Shown here piece after piece: positions 53,061 through 64,000 of a stretch of 64,000 nt of DNA. Under the pieces are notes generated by a model. The model searched no databases. It saw only the letters and a program-made list of their open reading frames with translations, and was not told the origin of the DNA. The first letter of the stretch is position 1. Every line of letters starts with the position of its first letter. This DNA comes from Williopsis jadinii (lineage: Eukaryota): positions 1,240,001 through 1,304,000 of the forward strand of contig AP024664.1 of the NCBI GenBank assembly GCA_024346625.1, in the 5' to 3' direction. The position numbers were made by a program, and so were the translations under genes.

Positions 53061-56000
53061 ATGGCGGAAGCGGTGATTGGCAATATATCGAGAAGGTCAA
53101 CTGCAGGGACGTTGACCAGAACCGTTACGAAGAGAACAACCAATCCGCTCTGCGACATTACGCTGGATGACCTCGCTGAGATCCACGACCCGAAGTCTAT
53201 AAAGTTCTTCAAGCAGCGCTTCAGCGGAAGCGCCACAACGTTCTACAAGACATTGAAAACAGACGCCAAGAATGGGCTGAGCCCATCGCTACCCGATGTC
53301 GACGCTAGAGTGGAGCAGTTTGGTGTCAATAGGCTGCCCGAGAAGAAGTCCAAGTCGTTTCTACAACTCGCGTGGCAGGAAATGCACGATAAAGTGTTGA
53401 TATTGCTATCTGTTGCCGCGGTGGTTTCGCTGGCGTTGGGGCTATACGAATACTTTGGACAGCCAGATGAATACGACGCGGAAGGTAACGTCGTTCCAAA
53501 AGTTGAATGGGTTGAAGGTGTGGCCATTATTGTTGCGATTGCGATTGTTGTGCTTGTTGGTGCACTGAACAACTACCAAAAGGAGCTTCAGTTTGCCAGA
53601 CTGAACGCAAAGAAGAGTGACCGTGAGATCATCGTCATTAGAGGAGGCGAGGAACACGTCATTTCTATCTATGACCTTTTGGTTGGAGACATTCTCACTC
53701 TACAAACTGGTGATGTCTTGCCTGCGGATGGTGTCATGGTATCAGGATCATGTGAATGTGATGAATCCTCAATCACCGGTGAATCCCATTCTGTACGTAA
53801 GATGGCACTGGAACCTGCATTGTTGACTTATAACGAGAAGTTCCCAGAGGGCGAGGCCGATATTGGAACTAAAGGTGTTCCAGATCCATTCCTCATATCT
53901 GGTTCAAGGCTCATTTCCGGTTTAGGTAGAGCAATCATCACAGCAGTGGGTCCAAATTCTATCCACGGACGTACAATGCAATCTTTAAACGTGGAAACTG
54001 AACAGACACCACTTCAAATAAGACTGGACAACTTGGCTGGTGGTATCACCAAATATGGTATCATTGCATCTTTGGTTCTTTTCTTTGTACTTTTCATCAA
54101 GTTCTGTGCAAATCTAAGGAGTGGTCATGAGTATGCAGATCTATCACCAGCACTGAAGGGTTCAAAGTTTGTGGATATCATCATCACCGCTATCACTCTT
54201 ATTGTTGTTGCAGTGCCAGAAGGTTTACCTCTGGCAGTCACTCTGGCTTTGGCCTTTGCTACAACTAGAATGGCGAAGGATGCCAACTTGGTTAGAGTAT
54301 TGAGAGCTTGTGAAATTATGGGTGGTGCGACTGCCGTGTGTTCAGATAAAACTGGTACATTGACAGAAAACAGAATGAAAGTGGTTAATGGTAATATTTC
54401 CAACAAGGAATTTGACGATAATTCTACTTCAACAATTGCAACATCAGATGAATTGGATCTCCCTGAAACTGTTAAGAGAGATGTTTTGACTAACATTGCA
54501 CTCAACTCAACAGCATTTGAAAACAAGCAATCCGATGTTGATCAAAACCCCGTTGTTAAACCTACAAAGCATTGGTGGTCAAGAAAGTCGAAACAAAGCA
54601 ATGCATTTGGTAATCCTGAGCCTGAACCGTTTATCGGTTCTAAAACAGAAACTGCATTGTTAATGTTAGCTGAAAAGTCTTTGAATATGAAAGGTGATCA
54701 AGCTTTACATATATTGAGAACGAACCCATCACTGCTGGGGATTGAGTCTGTTGTACAAGTTATCCCCTTCGAATCATCAAGAAAATGGGGTGGTATAGTT
54801 TGTAAGTACCAAGGGGACAACTATAGACTCTACATCAAAGGTGCTGCTGAAGTGATATTCGCAAGATGTACCCAGATGAATAAAGAAGGCAAGGTGGTTG
54901 ACTTACAACCAATTGACGTTGAGAACTTTACGCAGAAGATTACTGACTATGCAAAAATGGCATTGAGAACTATAACTCTTGCCCATAAGGATTTCAACCT
55001 TTCTTCCTGGCCTCCGAAGGAACTAACGAAGGATGATAACTCAGAGGCTGATGCTGATTTGCTTCTTGGTAAGGCCCTCACAATCCCTTCAACTCAAACT
55101 GGACTCACCTTTGATGGTATTGTTGGTATCAAAGATCCATTACGTCCTGGTGTTCAAGAAGCTGTGGCACAATGTAAAAGAGCTGGTGTCACTGTTCGTA
55201 TGGTTACTGGTGATAATGTTATAACTGCGAGAGCTATTGCATTGAATTGTGGTATAATTCATGAGCAAGACCTGGAAGACGACGATGTATGTATGGAGGG
55301 ACCAGTTTTCAGAAAGCTGGCGTCTACAGAGAAGTCACGTATTGCTCCAAAACTGAGAGTGTTGGCTAGATCATCTCCGGAAGACAAGAGAGTGCTCGTT
55401 GAGATCTTGAAGAAACAGGGAGATGTTGTTGCGGTCACTGGTGATGGTACAAATGATGCCCCTGCTTTGAAATTAGCCGATGTTGGGTTTTCTATGGGTA
55501 TTTCTGGTACTGAAGTTGCCAGAGAGGCATCTGACATTATTCTTATGACTGATGACTTTGCTGCTATTGTTAATGCAATTAAGTGGGGTCGTTGTGTCTC
55601 AACATCCATTAAGAAATTCATTCAATTCCAACTTACTGTCAACATTACAGCCGTTGTTCTTACATTTGTGTCTGCTGTGGCATCTTCAGAAGGTAAATCT
55701 GTTTTAACTGCTGTCCAGCTTTTATGGGTTAATTTGATTATGGACACCCTGGCTGCTTTGGCACTTGCAACTGATAAACCTGATAACACAATTCTTGATA
55801 GGAAACCAGATGGTCGTAAGAGCACTCTTATATCTGTTTCTATGTGGAAGATGATTCTTGGTCAATCGAGTTTACAACTTGTTGTTACATTTGTCCTTCA
55901 TTTTGGTGGTGAGAAGATCTTTTTCGGTGATAAATATGTGACTGATCACCAGCAGGAACAATTGGATGCGATGACTTTCAACACATTTGTTTGGTTACAA

Positions 56001-56660
56001 TATTTCAAGTTGTGGGTTACCCGTAAGTTGGATGAAGCTGATGGAATCAGTTCTGTCAGAGCTCGTTGTACTGCTTTCAACCTGAACTTCTTCCAGGATT
56101 TGTTTAGAAACTACTATTTCCTTGGAATTTCAGCTCTCATCGCAGGTATTCAGGTCTTGATCATGTTTGTGGGTGGTTCTGCATTTTCCATTGCCAGACA
56201 AACAGGTGCAATGTGGGGTACTGCTATCATCTGTGGAATGCTTTCTCTTCCATGGGGTGTTGTTATCCGTATCATCCCTGACGAATGGGTCATTGCTATT
56301 TTCCCACAAAAGGCTTTCAACATATTCCTTAGTATTATCACATTGAGTTTCTTAAAGCGTTCAAAGAAATCACGGATATCACTTCATGATTATGATGAGT
56401 ACGAAATGAAATGGTCTGAAGTTCCTGCTTTCAAGAATGTTAAAAATGACATTCTGTACGTCCGCGAGGGATCCTCTTTCAGTCCAAAATCGTTGTATAG
56501 CAGATGGAGAGGAGATTCGCTGTCAAACGACGAGGAAAGCACCATTGGTGAACACACTCATGCTCTTTCTGCTCTCACCATGGTTCCTACAGTAGTTGGT
56601 GGTGCCATTGCTGGTTGGTCTCCCCTATCACACAAGGACCCTAATGAGAAAACAGATTGA
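53061..56660 (+). CDS. PMC1: Vacuolar P-type IIB Ca2+-ATPase
   Basis: TGES, VPEGLPLAVT, CSDKTGTLT, TGDGTNDAPALK and QLLWVNLIMDT. Confidence 0.95.
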   Translation: MAEAVIGNISRRSTAGTLTRTVTKRTTNPLCDITLDDLAEIHDPKSIKFFKQRFSGSATTFYKTLKTDAKNGLSPSLPDVDARVEQFGVNRLPEKKSKSFLQLAWQEMHDKVLILLSVAAVVSLALGLYEYFGQPDEYDAEGNVVPKVEWVEGVAIIVAIAIVVLVGALNNYQKELQFARLNAKKSDREIIVIRGGEEHVISIYDLLVGDILTLQTGDVLPADGVMVSGSCECDESSITGESHSVRKMALEPALLTYNEKFPEGEADIGTKGVPDPFLISGSRLISGLGRAIITAVGPNSIHGRTMQSLNVETEQTPLQIRLDNLAGGITKYGIIASLVLFFVLFIKFCANLRSGHEYADLSPALKGSKFVDIIITAITLIVVAVPEGLPLAVTLALAFATTRMAKDANLVRVLRACEIMGGATAVCSDKTGTLTENRMKVVNGNISNKEFDDNSTSTIATSDELDLPETVKRDVLTNIALNSTAFENKQSDVDQNPVVKPTKHWWSRKSKQSNAFGNPEPEPFIGSKTETALLMLAEKSLNMKGDQALHILRTNPSLLGIESVVQVIPFESSRKWGGIVCKYQGDNYRLYIKGAAEVIFARCTQMNKEGKVVDLQPIDVENFTQKITDYAKMALRTITLAHKDFNLSSWPPKELTKDDNSEADADLLLGKALTIPSTQTGLTFDGIVGIKDPLRPGVQEAVAQCKRAGVTVRMVTGDNVITARAIALNCGIIHEQDLEDDDVCMEGPVFRKLASTEKSRIAPKLRVLARSSPEDKRVLVEILKKQGDVVAVTGDGTNDAPALKLADVGFSMGISGTEVAREASDIILMTDDFAAIVNAIKWGRCVSTSIKKFIQFQLTVNITAVVLTFVSAVASSEGKSVLTAVQLLWVNLIMDTLAALALATDKPDNTILDRKPDGRKSTLISVSMWKMILGQSSLQLVVTFVLHFGGEKIFFGDKYVTDHQQEQLDAMTFNTFVWLQYFKLWVTRKLDEADGISSVRARCTAFNLNFFQDLFRNYYFLGISALIAGIQVLIMFVGGSAFSIARQTGAMWGTAIICGMLSLPWGVVIRIIPDEWVIAIFPQKAFNIFLSIITLSFLKRSKKSRISLHDYDEYEMKWSEVPAFKNVKNDILYVREGSSFSPKSLYSRWRGDSLSNDEESTIGEHTHALSALTMVPTVVGGAIAGWSPLSHKDPNEKTD

Positions 56661-56763
56661 ATAATTACGGGTTAGTGCTTGTTCATCCATTAATTAATTT
56701 GGACATCTCTAGTATTCAAAATATAAATTATTTCTGGACTATACAATTAAGATATCAGCGTAG

Positions 56764-58179
56764 CTAAGGCTCATCTTCATCGTTCAGACCAGACTGGTCC
56801 AATTTACTAGTTAGCTTCTCCATTCTTCTGTTGGCAATTTCCTTCTGCTTACGTTTATGTGAAACGTGAGATTTTTCGTGATACATATCATCATTGTCAT
56901 CAACGTCTGATTCATCGTTTGTAAGTTCTTTAACAATTTTGAAAGAAGGGGAATATTGAACCATGCTCGATAACGAAGAGCTGTGGGCAAGCTGGTTGTG
57001 CAATCCAACACCAAATACCCACTTCAACAGAACAAGTCTAAACAGGGCCACCCATGATTTCACTGCAATGGATCTTGACTTACTCAATCTGACATGAGTT
57101 AACACTTGTCTCGAAGAATCTGGGTAGCTCTTATCCATGATTTCCAGTCTCTTAGCCTTATCAGAGTAGTACTCTACGGTGTGCATTGCCTCTCTGAACA
57201 CAGATCTCGAATCCATAGCTGAAGTTTTCTTCGTTACTGACTTAGCGCCACTGACAAGCTCTTTTAACCGTTGCTCAATCAAGTAAGTATTGTCATAAGG
57301 GGCTGGTTCGTCAAATGCCTCACCATCTTCATCGGAGTAGTCATAGGTCTCATAGGCAAGGGCAATGAGCATTGCCATTGGCCTGTGGATCGGCAAGTCA
57401 ATATCATAATCGAGGAAATACTCCATCGAGGACTCCAGTAGAGTTTCATATTCTTCGTTTAGAGCAGAGCTGTTCAACAACAGTGTGAATAGACCGCCAA
57501 TACCGTACAACAGAGCGCTTATGACATCGGTGTTTGTATCAACGTCCGTTCCATATCCCAGGAGTGTGTCTGTTAAGAAGTGCAACTTGTCATCAACACC
57601 AAAAGTTCCAGAACCTTCATAAACAGCAAGTGTCATAACTGCATATGCATAGATGTATTGTTCTTTGAAAGGGTTCTCCAGATCTTCAGACAGGATCTTG
57701 GACTCCAGGTATGAGAGAAATTCGATGATTTCGTCAGCGAAATCATCACAGTGTGCCACTGCAGTGGCTGCAACATTTCTTATGGCAATCAAACGGTCAT
57801 ATGCCTGAGAGATTTTGAAGAGTTGAACCATCTCCGGGAACAAGTCTCGACTCGAAGTTGGATTCTTCACGTTCAAAGTGTACAGTTGGTTAAGCAGCAT
57901 CTCACGATCGCCAGATGGGATAGGAGTCTTTGGTGCAATTAACAAATCAGTAAGCATCTTGACATTGTGCAAGGGGTACTTCTTCTTCTTCTCTTCGTCT
58001 TCAACTGAATTGCTCTTTGAGAATTTTTCCAACCTATCAGCAATCAACTGGTCCAAGTTGTTGAAGTTGATGCAGTACATCGCCAACTCGTCGTCGTCTT
58101 CATTACCAGCCTGTCTCGACTGTGGTCTTGAACCATGTCTTGAGGATGGTTTGGGTGACTGTAATCTACTATGTGCCAT
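56764..58179 (-). CDS. ARM-like protein, probably IFRD (interferon-related developmental regulator) family
   Basis: 471-aa ORF with helical repeats, RSVFREAMHTVE, IAVKSWV, FGVGLHNQL and a basic C-terminal tail. Confidence 0.55.
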   Translation of the reverse strand: MAHSRLQSPKPSSRHGSRPQSRQAGNEDDDELAMYCINFNNLDQLIADRLEKFSKSNSVEDEEKKKKYPLHNVKMLTDLLIAPKTPIPSGDREMLLNQLYTLNVKNPTSSRDLFPEMVQLFKISQAYDRLIAIRNVAATAVAHCDDFADEIIEFLSYLESKILSEDLENPFKEQYIYAYAVMTLAVYEGSGTFGVDDKLHFLTDTLLGYGTDVDTNTDVISALLYGIGGLFTLLLNSSALNEEYETLLESSMEYFLDYDIDLPIHRPMAMLIALAYETYDYSDEDGEAFDEPAPYDNTYLIEQRLKELVSGAKSVTKKTSAMDSRSVFREAMHTVEYYSDKAKRLEIMDKSYPDSSRQVLTHVRLSKSRSIAVKSWVALFRLVLLKWVFGVGLHNQLAHSSSLSSMVQYSPSFKIVKELTNDESDVDDNDDMYHEKSHVSHKRKQKEIANRRMEKLTSKLDQSGLNDEDEP

Positions 58180-58530
58180 AGTTTCCTAGCTTGTTATACA
58201 GAACAAGATGGTTTTAATGAGAGGGGAAATTTCACTATGGAGAAGCTTCTTTATATGAGAAGCCGGACGTAACTTTGCGGTGGGTTGATTAATTATGCAG
58301 GCGTCACAGGCAAAGCAAAGGACAAATTCATAGTGAAATGACAACGGTAAAGCATCCTTGAATGGAAAATACAAGTGAAAAGAATGTTAAATTACACTGC
58401 TAGCATGCTGTATTATCAGCATGCTTGATTGGAAGTTAAATGAAGTCAGTTTAAATGATATTAAACAAGTTCCTCTTGAGAGTGTTGTTGTGTGTATGAT
58501 CTAAAAATGACTTGAGCAGGTATGGTATAT

Positions 58531-58611
58531 GAGGGCTTGGCCGAGTGGTTAAGGCGTCAGATTTAGGCTCTGATATCTACGGATGCGCGAGTTCGAATCT
58601 CGTGGTCCTCA
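58531..58611 (+). tRNA. tRNA-Leu(TAG)
   Basis: GAGGGCTTGGCCGAGTGGTTAAGGCG-TCAGA-TT-TAG-GC-TCTGA, long variable arm, GTTCGAATC; T-run downstream. Confidence 0.95.
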
Positions 58612-59155
58612 ATATTTCCATTTTTTGCCATTCTCACTTGAATGGTGGTCGTAATGCCATCGAATAAGTCCTGCCATGATTACACGAAGTATCTTATGGA
58701 AGCCAGCTCATTAATTAATCTTCATGATGATTTCGAATATCCAGACCACACCTCATACCTATGTGACTCGGTGGCGTTGAGATGAGTGATTGTTCAACAT
58801 GCTACGGTAAACTTGACACTGACACAAGTAGTAGCGATCGTGCTGAATATTTCGCAGTCTAGGCAAATATCCAATTGCATGTATTGACTATGAGAGAAAG
58901 ACATCATTAAGTAACCAATACTCATTTTTGTCCAGTCAGTTGCAACTGCGTACTTTCTTCAGTGGCAGATCGAGTACCTTCAAGCTCGTACACACCAATG
59001 GTTGACGCACTAGTAGTTTCCAATCAGGAAATCTTCGCGAAATACTCAGCGCCCGCTCCCTGTGTTATTTATTCACCATCTTCAGCACACTTTCCTGTCT
59101 TTTGATCAAAATCGAACAAATCAGAATACACATATCGCACAGTAACGAAGCCAAA

Positions 59156-59746
59156 ATGGTGAGTGACCAGTGTCAGATGAACAATAGAGATAGTCTAACG
59201 CCTTTTTAGCTAAAACTAAGACAGATGCAACAAAAGAAGAAAGAGCAAATGGAGGGCCAGACCAGCTCAACAACAAAGATAACACCAGCACAGCTTCGCA
59301 TTCAAAAAGACCTAGCAGAGATTCAACTACCAAAGACCATTCAGCTGAAATGTATGGATGATACAAATATGAACTTGGAGGTTGTCATATCACCTGACGA
59401 GGGGTTTTATCAACACGGTAGATTCAAATTCAGCATACAAATAGGACAGAATTTCCCTATAGAGGCGCCAAAAGTGAAGTGTCTACAAAGAATCTTCCAC
59501 CCAAACATTGACCTTGAAGGTAACATTTGTCTCAACATCCTTCGAGAGGACTGGTCGCCGGTTCTCAACTTGAACTCGATACTGGTGGGACTGCTGTTCC
59601 TATTCCTCGAGCCAAACCCTACAGATCCTTTGAATAAGCAGAGTGCTAGTGTCCTCATGAAGGACAAGGGATTATTTGCGAGACAGGTGAGATCCAGCAT
59701 GAACGGTGGTGTTGTTGGTGATGTGAGATACGATTACGTTCTATAA
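59156..59746 (+). CDS. UBC12: NEDD8/Rub1-conjugating E2; intron 59159-59209 directly after the ATG
   Basis: ATG|GTGAGT...GTCTAAC...TAG|CTAAAACTAAGA gives MLKLRQMQQKKK; FHPNIDLEGNICLNILREDWSP. Confidence 0.93.
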
Positions 59747-59933
59747 ACATTCTTGTAATTTTACAGGCCAATCTACAATTCGTAAAACTTTTGAAAATCC
59801 CGCCAAAAAACCTTTGTAATAAACTATAAAACCAAAGAAGAAACCATTCAAAGATTCTCTCAAGCTATGTATAAGAGCCATAAAAGAACATGAAGCCAAG
59901 TCTACCAGAGACTTTCAACCGACCGTATAGAAA

Positions 59934-60179
59934 TTACAATCTGATGTGTGGGCCAGCGGTCTCAACCTCACCCTCAGAGTAGATGGTTGGTCTCTCAGAG
60001 GTGGTCTTCTTTGAAGAACCAGAGGTTTGTTTCTGTTGTTGTTGTTCCTTTGGAACATCCTTGTTCACCAATCTGAACTGTGATTGTGTGTTGTACATAG
60101 CCAAAGTTCTGGAGTTTGGGAGTCTGATACGGGCAGCAGTTGCAACGTTCTTAAGCTTGAGGACGTGTCTGGCGTTCAT
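59934..60179 (-). CDS. Small (81 aa) protein with a mitochondrial-presequence-like N-terminus
   Basis: Arg/Lys-rich N-terminus without acidic residues; TATA-like element at ~60290. Confidence 0.5.
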   Translation of the reverse strand: MNARHVLKLKNVATAARIRLPNSRTLAMYNTQSQFRLVNKDVPKEQQQQKQTSGSSKKTTSERPTIYSEGEVETAGPHIRL

Positions 60180-62211
60180 TGTGCTGAATATATGTGTTTG
60201 AATGTTAAATGAATATGGATCTCGTAGATTGATGATTATAAAACTCTACAATGGAGGGACGTGGAAACCTGGGGTATGAGGTCCTTCTTATATATGCAAC
60301 CCCTACGCCATTCCCTATCGTACGTACGATTTACACAGGTGCTTTTCAAAATTTTGACAACCACATTAATTTGTCATGTCCTTAAGACCGCCCCGGTTGT
60401 CCATCGGTTGTTGCATGGAGGAATTGGTAAGATTTTGTCCGTGTGCGGTTGGGACCCCCGGAGAAGTACGTCATTTGCCCCAGATTCTTGCATAGTCAAG
60501 AAGGCTAAGCAAACACACACACAAAAAACAAGACGAAAAATTAATCCTTGAGTCACCAACCGTTGCTCCGGGCCGGGAAATTTGGAAGTTTCATTGCTTC
60601 TGAACAAAACGAACTGGAACCATTCGGCAAAAGCGAATTATGACACAAAAAAGGAGGGAAAGAGAGACCCGAGCTAAGGTGAGCATGTTCTTCAAAGCCA
60701 ATTGGCATTAAAGAACCAAACAGTTCACAGCGTTGAGTGTGAATTGGCCAAATCCCCTGTGTAAGGCGGGGTGTTCACAAGGTGGAATATGGGTTAAACC
60801 AAGGACAGCGATGAATTATTCGCACTACTCACTCACGGTGATACGGGCTGTTTCCATCTCAACGTTTCATGACGTTATAATTGCAACGGAAGTAAATCTA
60901 TACTACGAAAAAGAAAAGGCAAGAAAACTCACAACACACCCAGCCCTCTGGAAAAACAAGCCAATCAACACTAAGGACGTTGGTTCCTGTAGACCATGAG
61001 GATACCCCTATGTGGTGTTTTGTAGTGTACAGACGCTACAAACTCTGAAACACGCCACGGGTCTTTCGATTAACTCTATTTTATCTTTCTATTTGGCTCG
61101 AGTCGACTCACTAAAAGTTCCGGTACGCTTTGGAGCATGTGGCGTGTGTAGACCTGTTGGGACAGTCGTTGCACTGTGCGCAGCATTAGGGGAGTGTAGG
61201 TTGGGTTGACTTGAGTGGTTCCAATCACCCCATACTAGTTATACGAGCTGTATGTGGCATATGATTTTTCAGCGTTTGTTGGTAAAGCTCCGTCAGCCGT
61301 TGATACTGATACTTCTCTGTTGTGCTGAACCGAAAAGGAGCTGTCTACCCCGGACCTTCGCGTGAGGGTGTTTACGTCACACATACACACAGTAAACACA
61401 CAGGGGATCTCTTCAAATCGAATCTGGCCCCCCTGCCACTGTGAAATCCGAGATTGAAAGGCACGATGATTTGCGATTCGCAGCGCTGTGCAACACCTAC
61501 ATCGTGGAGTTAAGAGAATTGAGTCATGGTGACTCAAGCAAGCCAAGTGTTCTGCTCTTCTTCTTTGATTTTCCACTTGAACTGAGAGATAAGAAACAAA
61601 TGACAGTGCGATTAGGAATTGCACCACGTATTCGTATACCTAAAACAAGCGAATCATCACCTTATATTCCACGATGATAGGCACCATAGTGTCCAAAGGC
61701 CGATGTGTTGTGTATAACAGCTCTGTCAAAAATTTAAGAACCTCCCTGAACACTTAGCGTACTTACATACCGCAAGGGCTTTGAATAATACCGCTGATCA
61801 AACCCCTGAAAAGCGCTTTGAGGAACGAAAAAAACAAAACCAGGAAACCAAAGCAAGAATAAAGAGCCATGATTTGTTGTGTTTTATTCCTCCTAAGAAC
61901 AAATACCCAGATCACTCCATCTGACTCAAACGCTTAAGGGAAAGTGAGGTTTGTCTTTACTTACAGCGTCCCCCACGTTAAAAACCAACATCGCGAATTC
62001 TTCCAACACTGGGGGTTTTTCCCTTCCCCGAGGGTTGTTCAGGCTGAAAAAAAGAGTAAACATTCCAACAACTTTAGTGGAAAAGATGATCACAAGACGG
62101 GGACGTTAACCAGTGATTTCAGATCCAGTAAACGAAGAAGAGAGCCCAGTCTATATTCTTCAAGTTTCAGTTCAATTGTCTTCATTAGATAGCAGTTAGA
62201 AGAAAGAAACA

Positions 62212-63157
62212 ATGGCTGACTATTCCACCACAGCGGATGCATTTAGATCGATGCTCAGACAAGACTCTACAGCTTCCTTATTGGCAGGGGGAGCGGCGAG
62301 GCATCGTGTCGAGAACTGTTATTGCGCCTGTTGAAAGGGCAAAGATTCTGTTTCAATTGCAAGGACCAGGAAAGGCCAACTATCAGGGAATGTTCCCAAC
62401 AATTGCAAAGATGTACAAAGAAGAAGGTGTAAAAGGTTTGTTCCGCGGGAATGGATTAAACTGTGTTCGAATCTTCCCCTACTCTGCAGTACAGTTCTTT
62501 GTTTATCAGAGGATAAAGTTCATGCTCTTGAAGCCTGGAGAAATTGATTTGAACAACTTTCAAAGACTGTTTGCAGGATTCATTGGTGGAATTGCAAGTG
62601 TCTTTGCAACTTACCCACTCGATCTGGTAAGAACGAGGTTAAGTATTCAAACGGCAAATTTGGCCAAATTATCAGAATCCAAGGTACACGCTGGTCAAAA
62701 ACCACCTGGTGTAATGGAACTCTTGGGGAAGATTTATAAAACAGAAGGTGGAATATTAGGCTTGTACAGAGGTGTCTATCCAACGACTCTGGGTGTCGCA
62801 CCTTATGTGGCTATAAATTTTGCTGTTTACGAACAGTTAAAAGAATTCGTTCCTGAAGACTCCAACCCTCTCATCAAGCTGCTTCTAGGTGCCACTGCTG
62901 GTGGTATTGCTCAAACCTTGACATACCCTTTTGACCTTTTACGAAGAAGATTTCAAGTGTTAACCATGGGTGGTCACGAGAGCGAATTGGGATTCAAGTA
63001 CACATCTGTGTGGAACGCCCTTGAGACAATTGTCAAGACCGAAGGATTTGCAGGGCTATACAAAGGCCTGGTAGCGAATCTGTTCAAAGTGGTGCCCTCA
63101 ATGGCTGTGTCATGGCTGACCTATGATGTTATCAAAGACTGGATGGTGAAGCTATAG
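62212..63157 (+). CDS. Mitochondrial carrier (YPR011C/Mrx21-like) split by a +1 frameshift at 62296-62302
   Basis: Frame 0 from ATG 62212 gives MADYSTTADAFRSMLRQDSTASLLAGGAA. The +1 frame continues GIVSRTVIAPVERAKILFQLQ with three Px[D/E]xx[K/R] repeats. Adjacent to a YPR010C-A-like gene. Confidence 0.85.
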
Positions 63158-63505
63158 AGATCCTACCCAGGTAGAAAAAAGGTTACCCTACTGTAAATAT
63201 CACCCATACTGGCACATATCCTACAAAACTTCCTGTTTGGGAAGTCAACCCTTGTAGCCAACCAAAAGTTTTGTAAATAACTTCAATTTCGCGATTTTTA
63301 GTTAGCTCCAACCACTGCTTTTTGTGGTTTTCTTCCCACTTTCGCTGTTCAATGTCGCGCCAAAAATCGTAAGGTGATTCGATGGGGGGAGGAGGGAAAG
63401 TGAAGGAAAAAAAATCGTCTCAGTAAAACTAATCATACACAACACACTTCGAACGAAACTATTCTTTCAGTTTTAATCTCTAAATAAAGCAATCCAAAGA
63501 AAAAG

Positions 63506-63769
63506 ATGAGACCTTCCCAATACTTGTTCAACGCTGCCAAGAAGTCTGGTGTTGCCATTCCACTTGAATTGACCCCATTGTTTGTGGTTATGGGTGTCGC
63601 TGTCTCCTCTGCTACTTTCTTCACCTACAAGAAGTTTGCTCACGACAAATCCTTGAGATTGGCCAGAAACCCAGCCCAATCTGCTGCTACTTCTGAGTTG
63701 CTTAAGTCTGAGCCAGCTGCTGAGGCTCCAGCTCCAGTCGCTGAGCCAGTTGCTGAAAAGTCTGAGTAA
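63506..63769 (+). CDS. MIN8: NDUFA4-like small mitochondrial protein (YPR010C-A/Min8-like)
   Basis: MRPSQYLFNAAKK...IPLELTPLFVVMGVAVSSATFFTYKKF...LRLARNP; strongly biased codons. Confidence 0.75.
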   Translation: MRPSQYLFNAAKKSGVAIPLELTPLFVVMGVAVSSATFFTYKKFAHDKSLRLARNPAQSAATSELLKSEPAAEAPAPVAEPVAEKSE

Positions 63770-64000
63770 AAGGATCAGAGGTTCTTTTTTTCATAATAGA
63801 AGAAACGATAGCGGCGGAGGATTGAGAGACAGTGCACCTGGTTGTGATGTATTCACTCTTTTGTTGATATCTCTAGTATCTTCATTGGCTTAGTTGTCAT
63901 TTTGCAACAGTTTTATTACAATCAACTTCATATTCACGAGGGTTTATATCGGTGTTTTTATTTTGTGCTCAACGTTTATGGGTTGACCAGATTGATAAAG

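Noticed and set aside
60200..62200. Possible telomerase RNA in the long intergenic region
   Set aside because: No identifiable template or suitably placed Sm site.
62237..62299. ORF-track start MHLDRCSDKTLQLPYWQGERR for the carrier
   Set aside because: It is not carrier-like. The homologous N-terminus is in the frame starting at ATG 62212, and no intron signals are present to join the frames.
1..64000. CRISPR arrays, intact transposons/LTRs, rRNA; many short antisense ORFs
   Set aside because: No repeat-spacer array, LTR pair, RT/integrase or rRNA motif was seen. Short ORFs overlapping real genes are shadow frames.

Overview
This is a gene-dense window from a budding yeast (Saccharomycotina). 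Short introns have GTATGT/GTAAGT donors and TACTAAC-like branch points, and CTG is read as Leu, which fits a Cyberlindnera/Wickerhamomyces-like lineage (inference). Most genes are housekeeping: a yapsin-like protease, SHB17, a NIPA-like transporter, APM4, PRS5, ATG21-like, HPR1, LRG1, ATG2, COG7, SEN34, PMC1, UBC12, a YPR011C-like carrier, MIN8/NDUFA4-like, tRNA-Ala(TGC) and tRNA-Leu(TAG). Four things stand out. (1) At 35.9-49.6 kb, three divergent gene pairs (ABC exporter/DAL5-type permease; class-III aminotransferase/fungal TF; aldo-keto reductase/GBU1-like ureohydrolase) share a TCC-N6-GG promoter motif and look like a co-regulated pathway for scavenging nitrogen from a guanidino compound. 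The cluster sits near an ARG81-like regulator and is bounded by mobile-element debris and a tRNA. (2) The mitochondrial carrier gene changes frame by +1 exactly at GCG-AGG-C, a Ty1/Ty3-type shifty heptamer, making it a candidate for programmed frameshifting. (3) A decayed Fanzor/TnpB RNA-guided nuclease fragment lies at ~33.8 kb. (4) A three-intron 110-aa gene at 9.6-10.2 kb is invisible to the ORF track. All homology calls are by eye from remembered family motifs; no searches were run.
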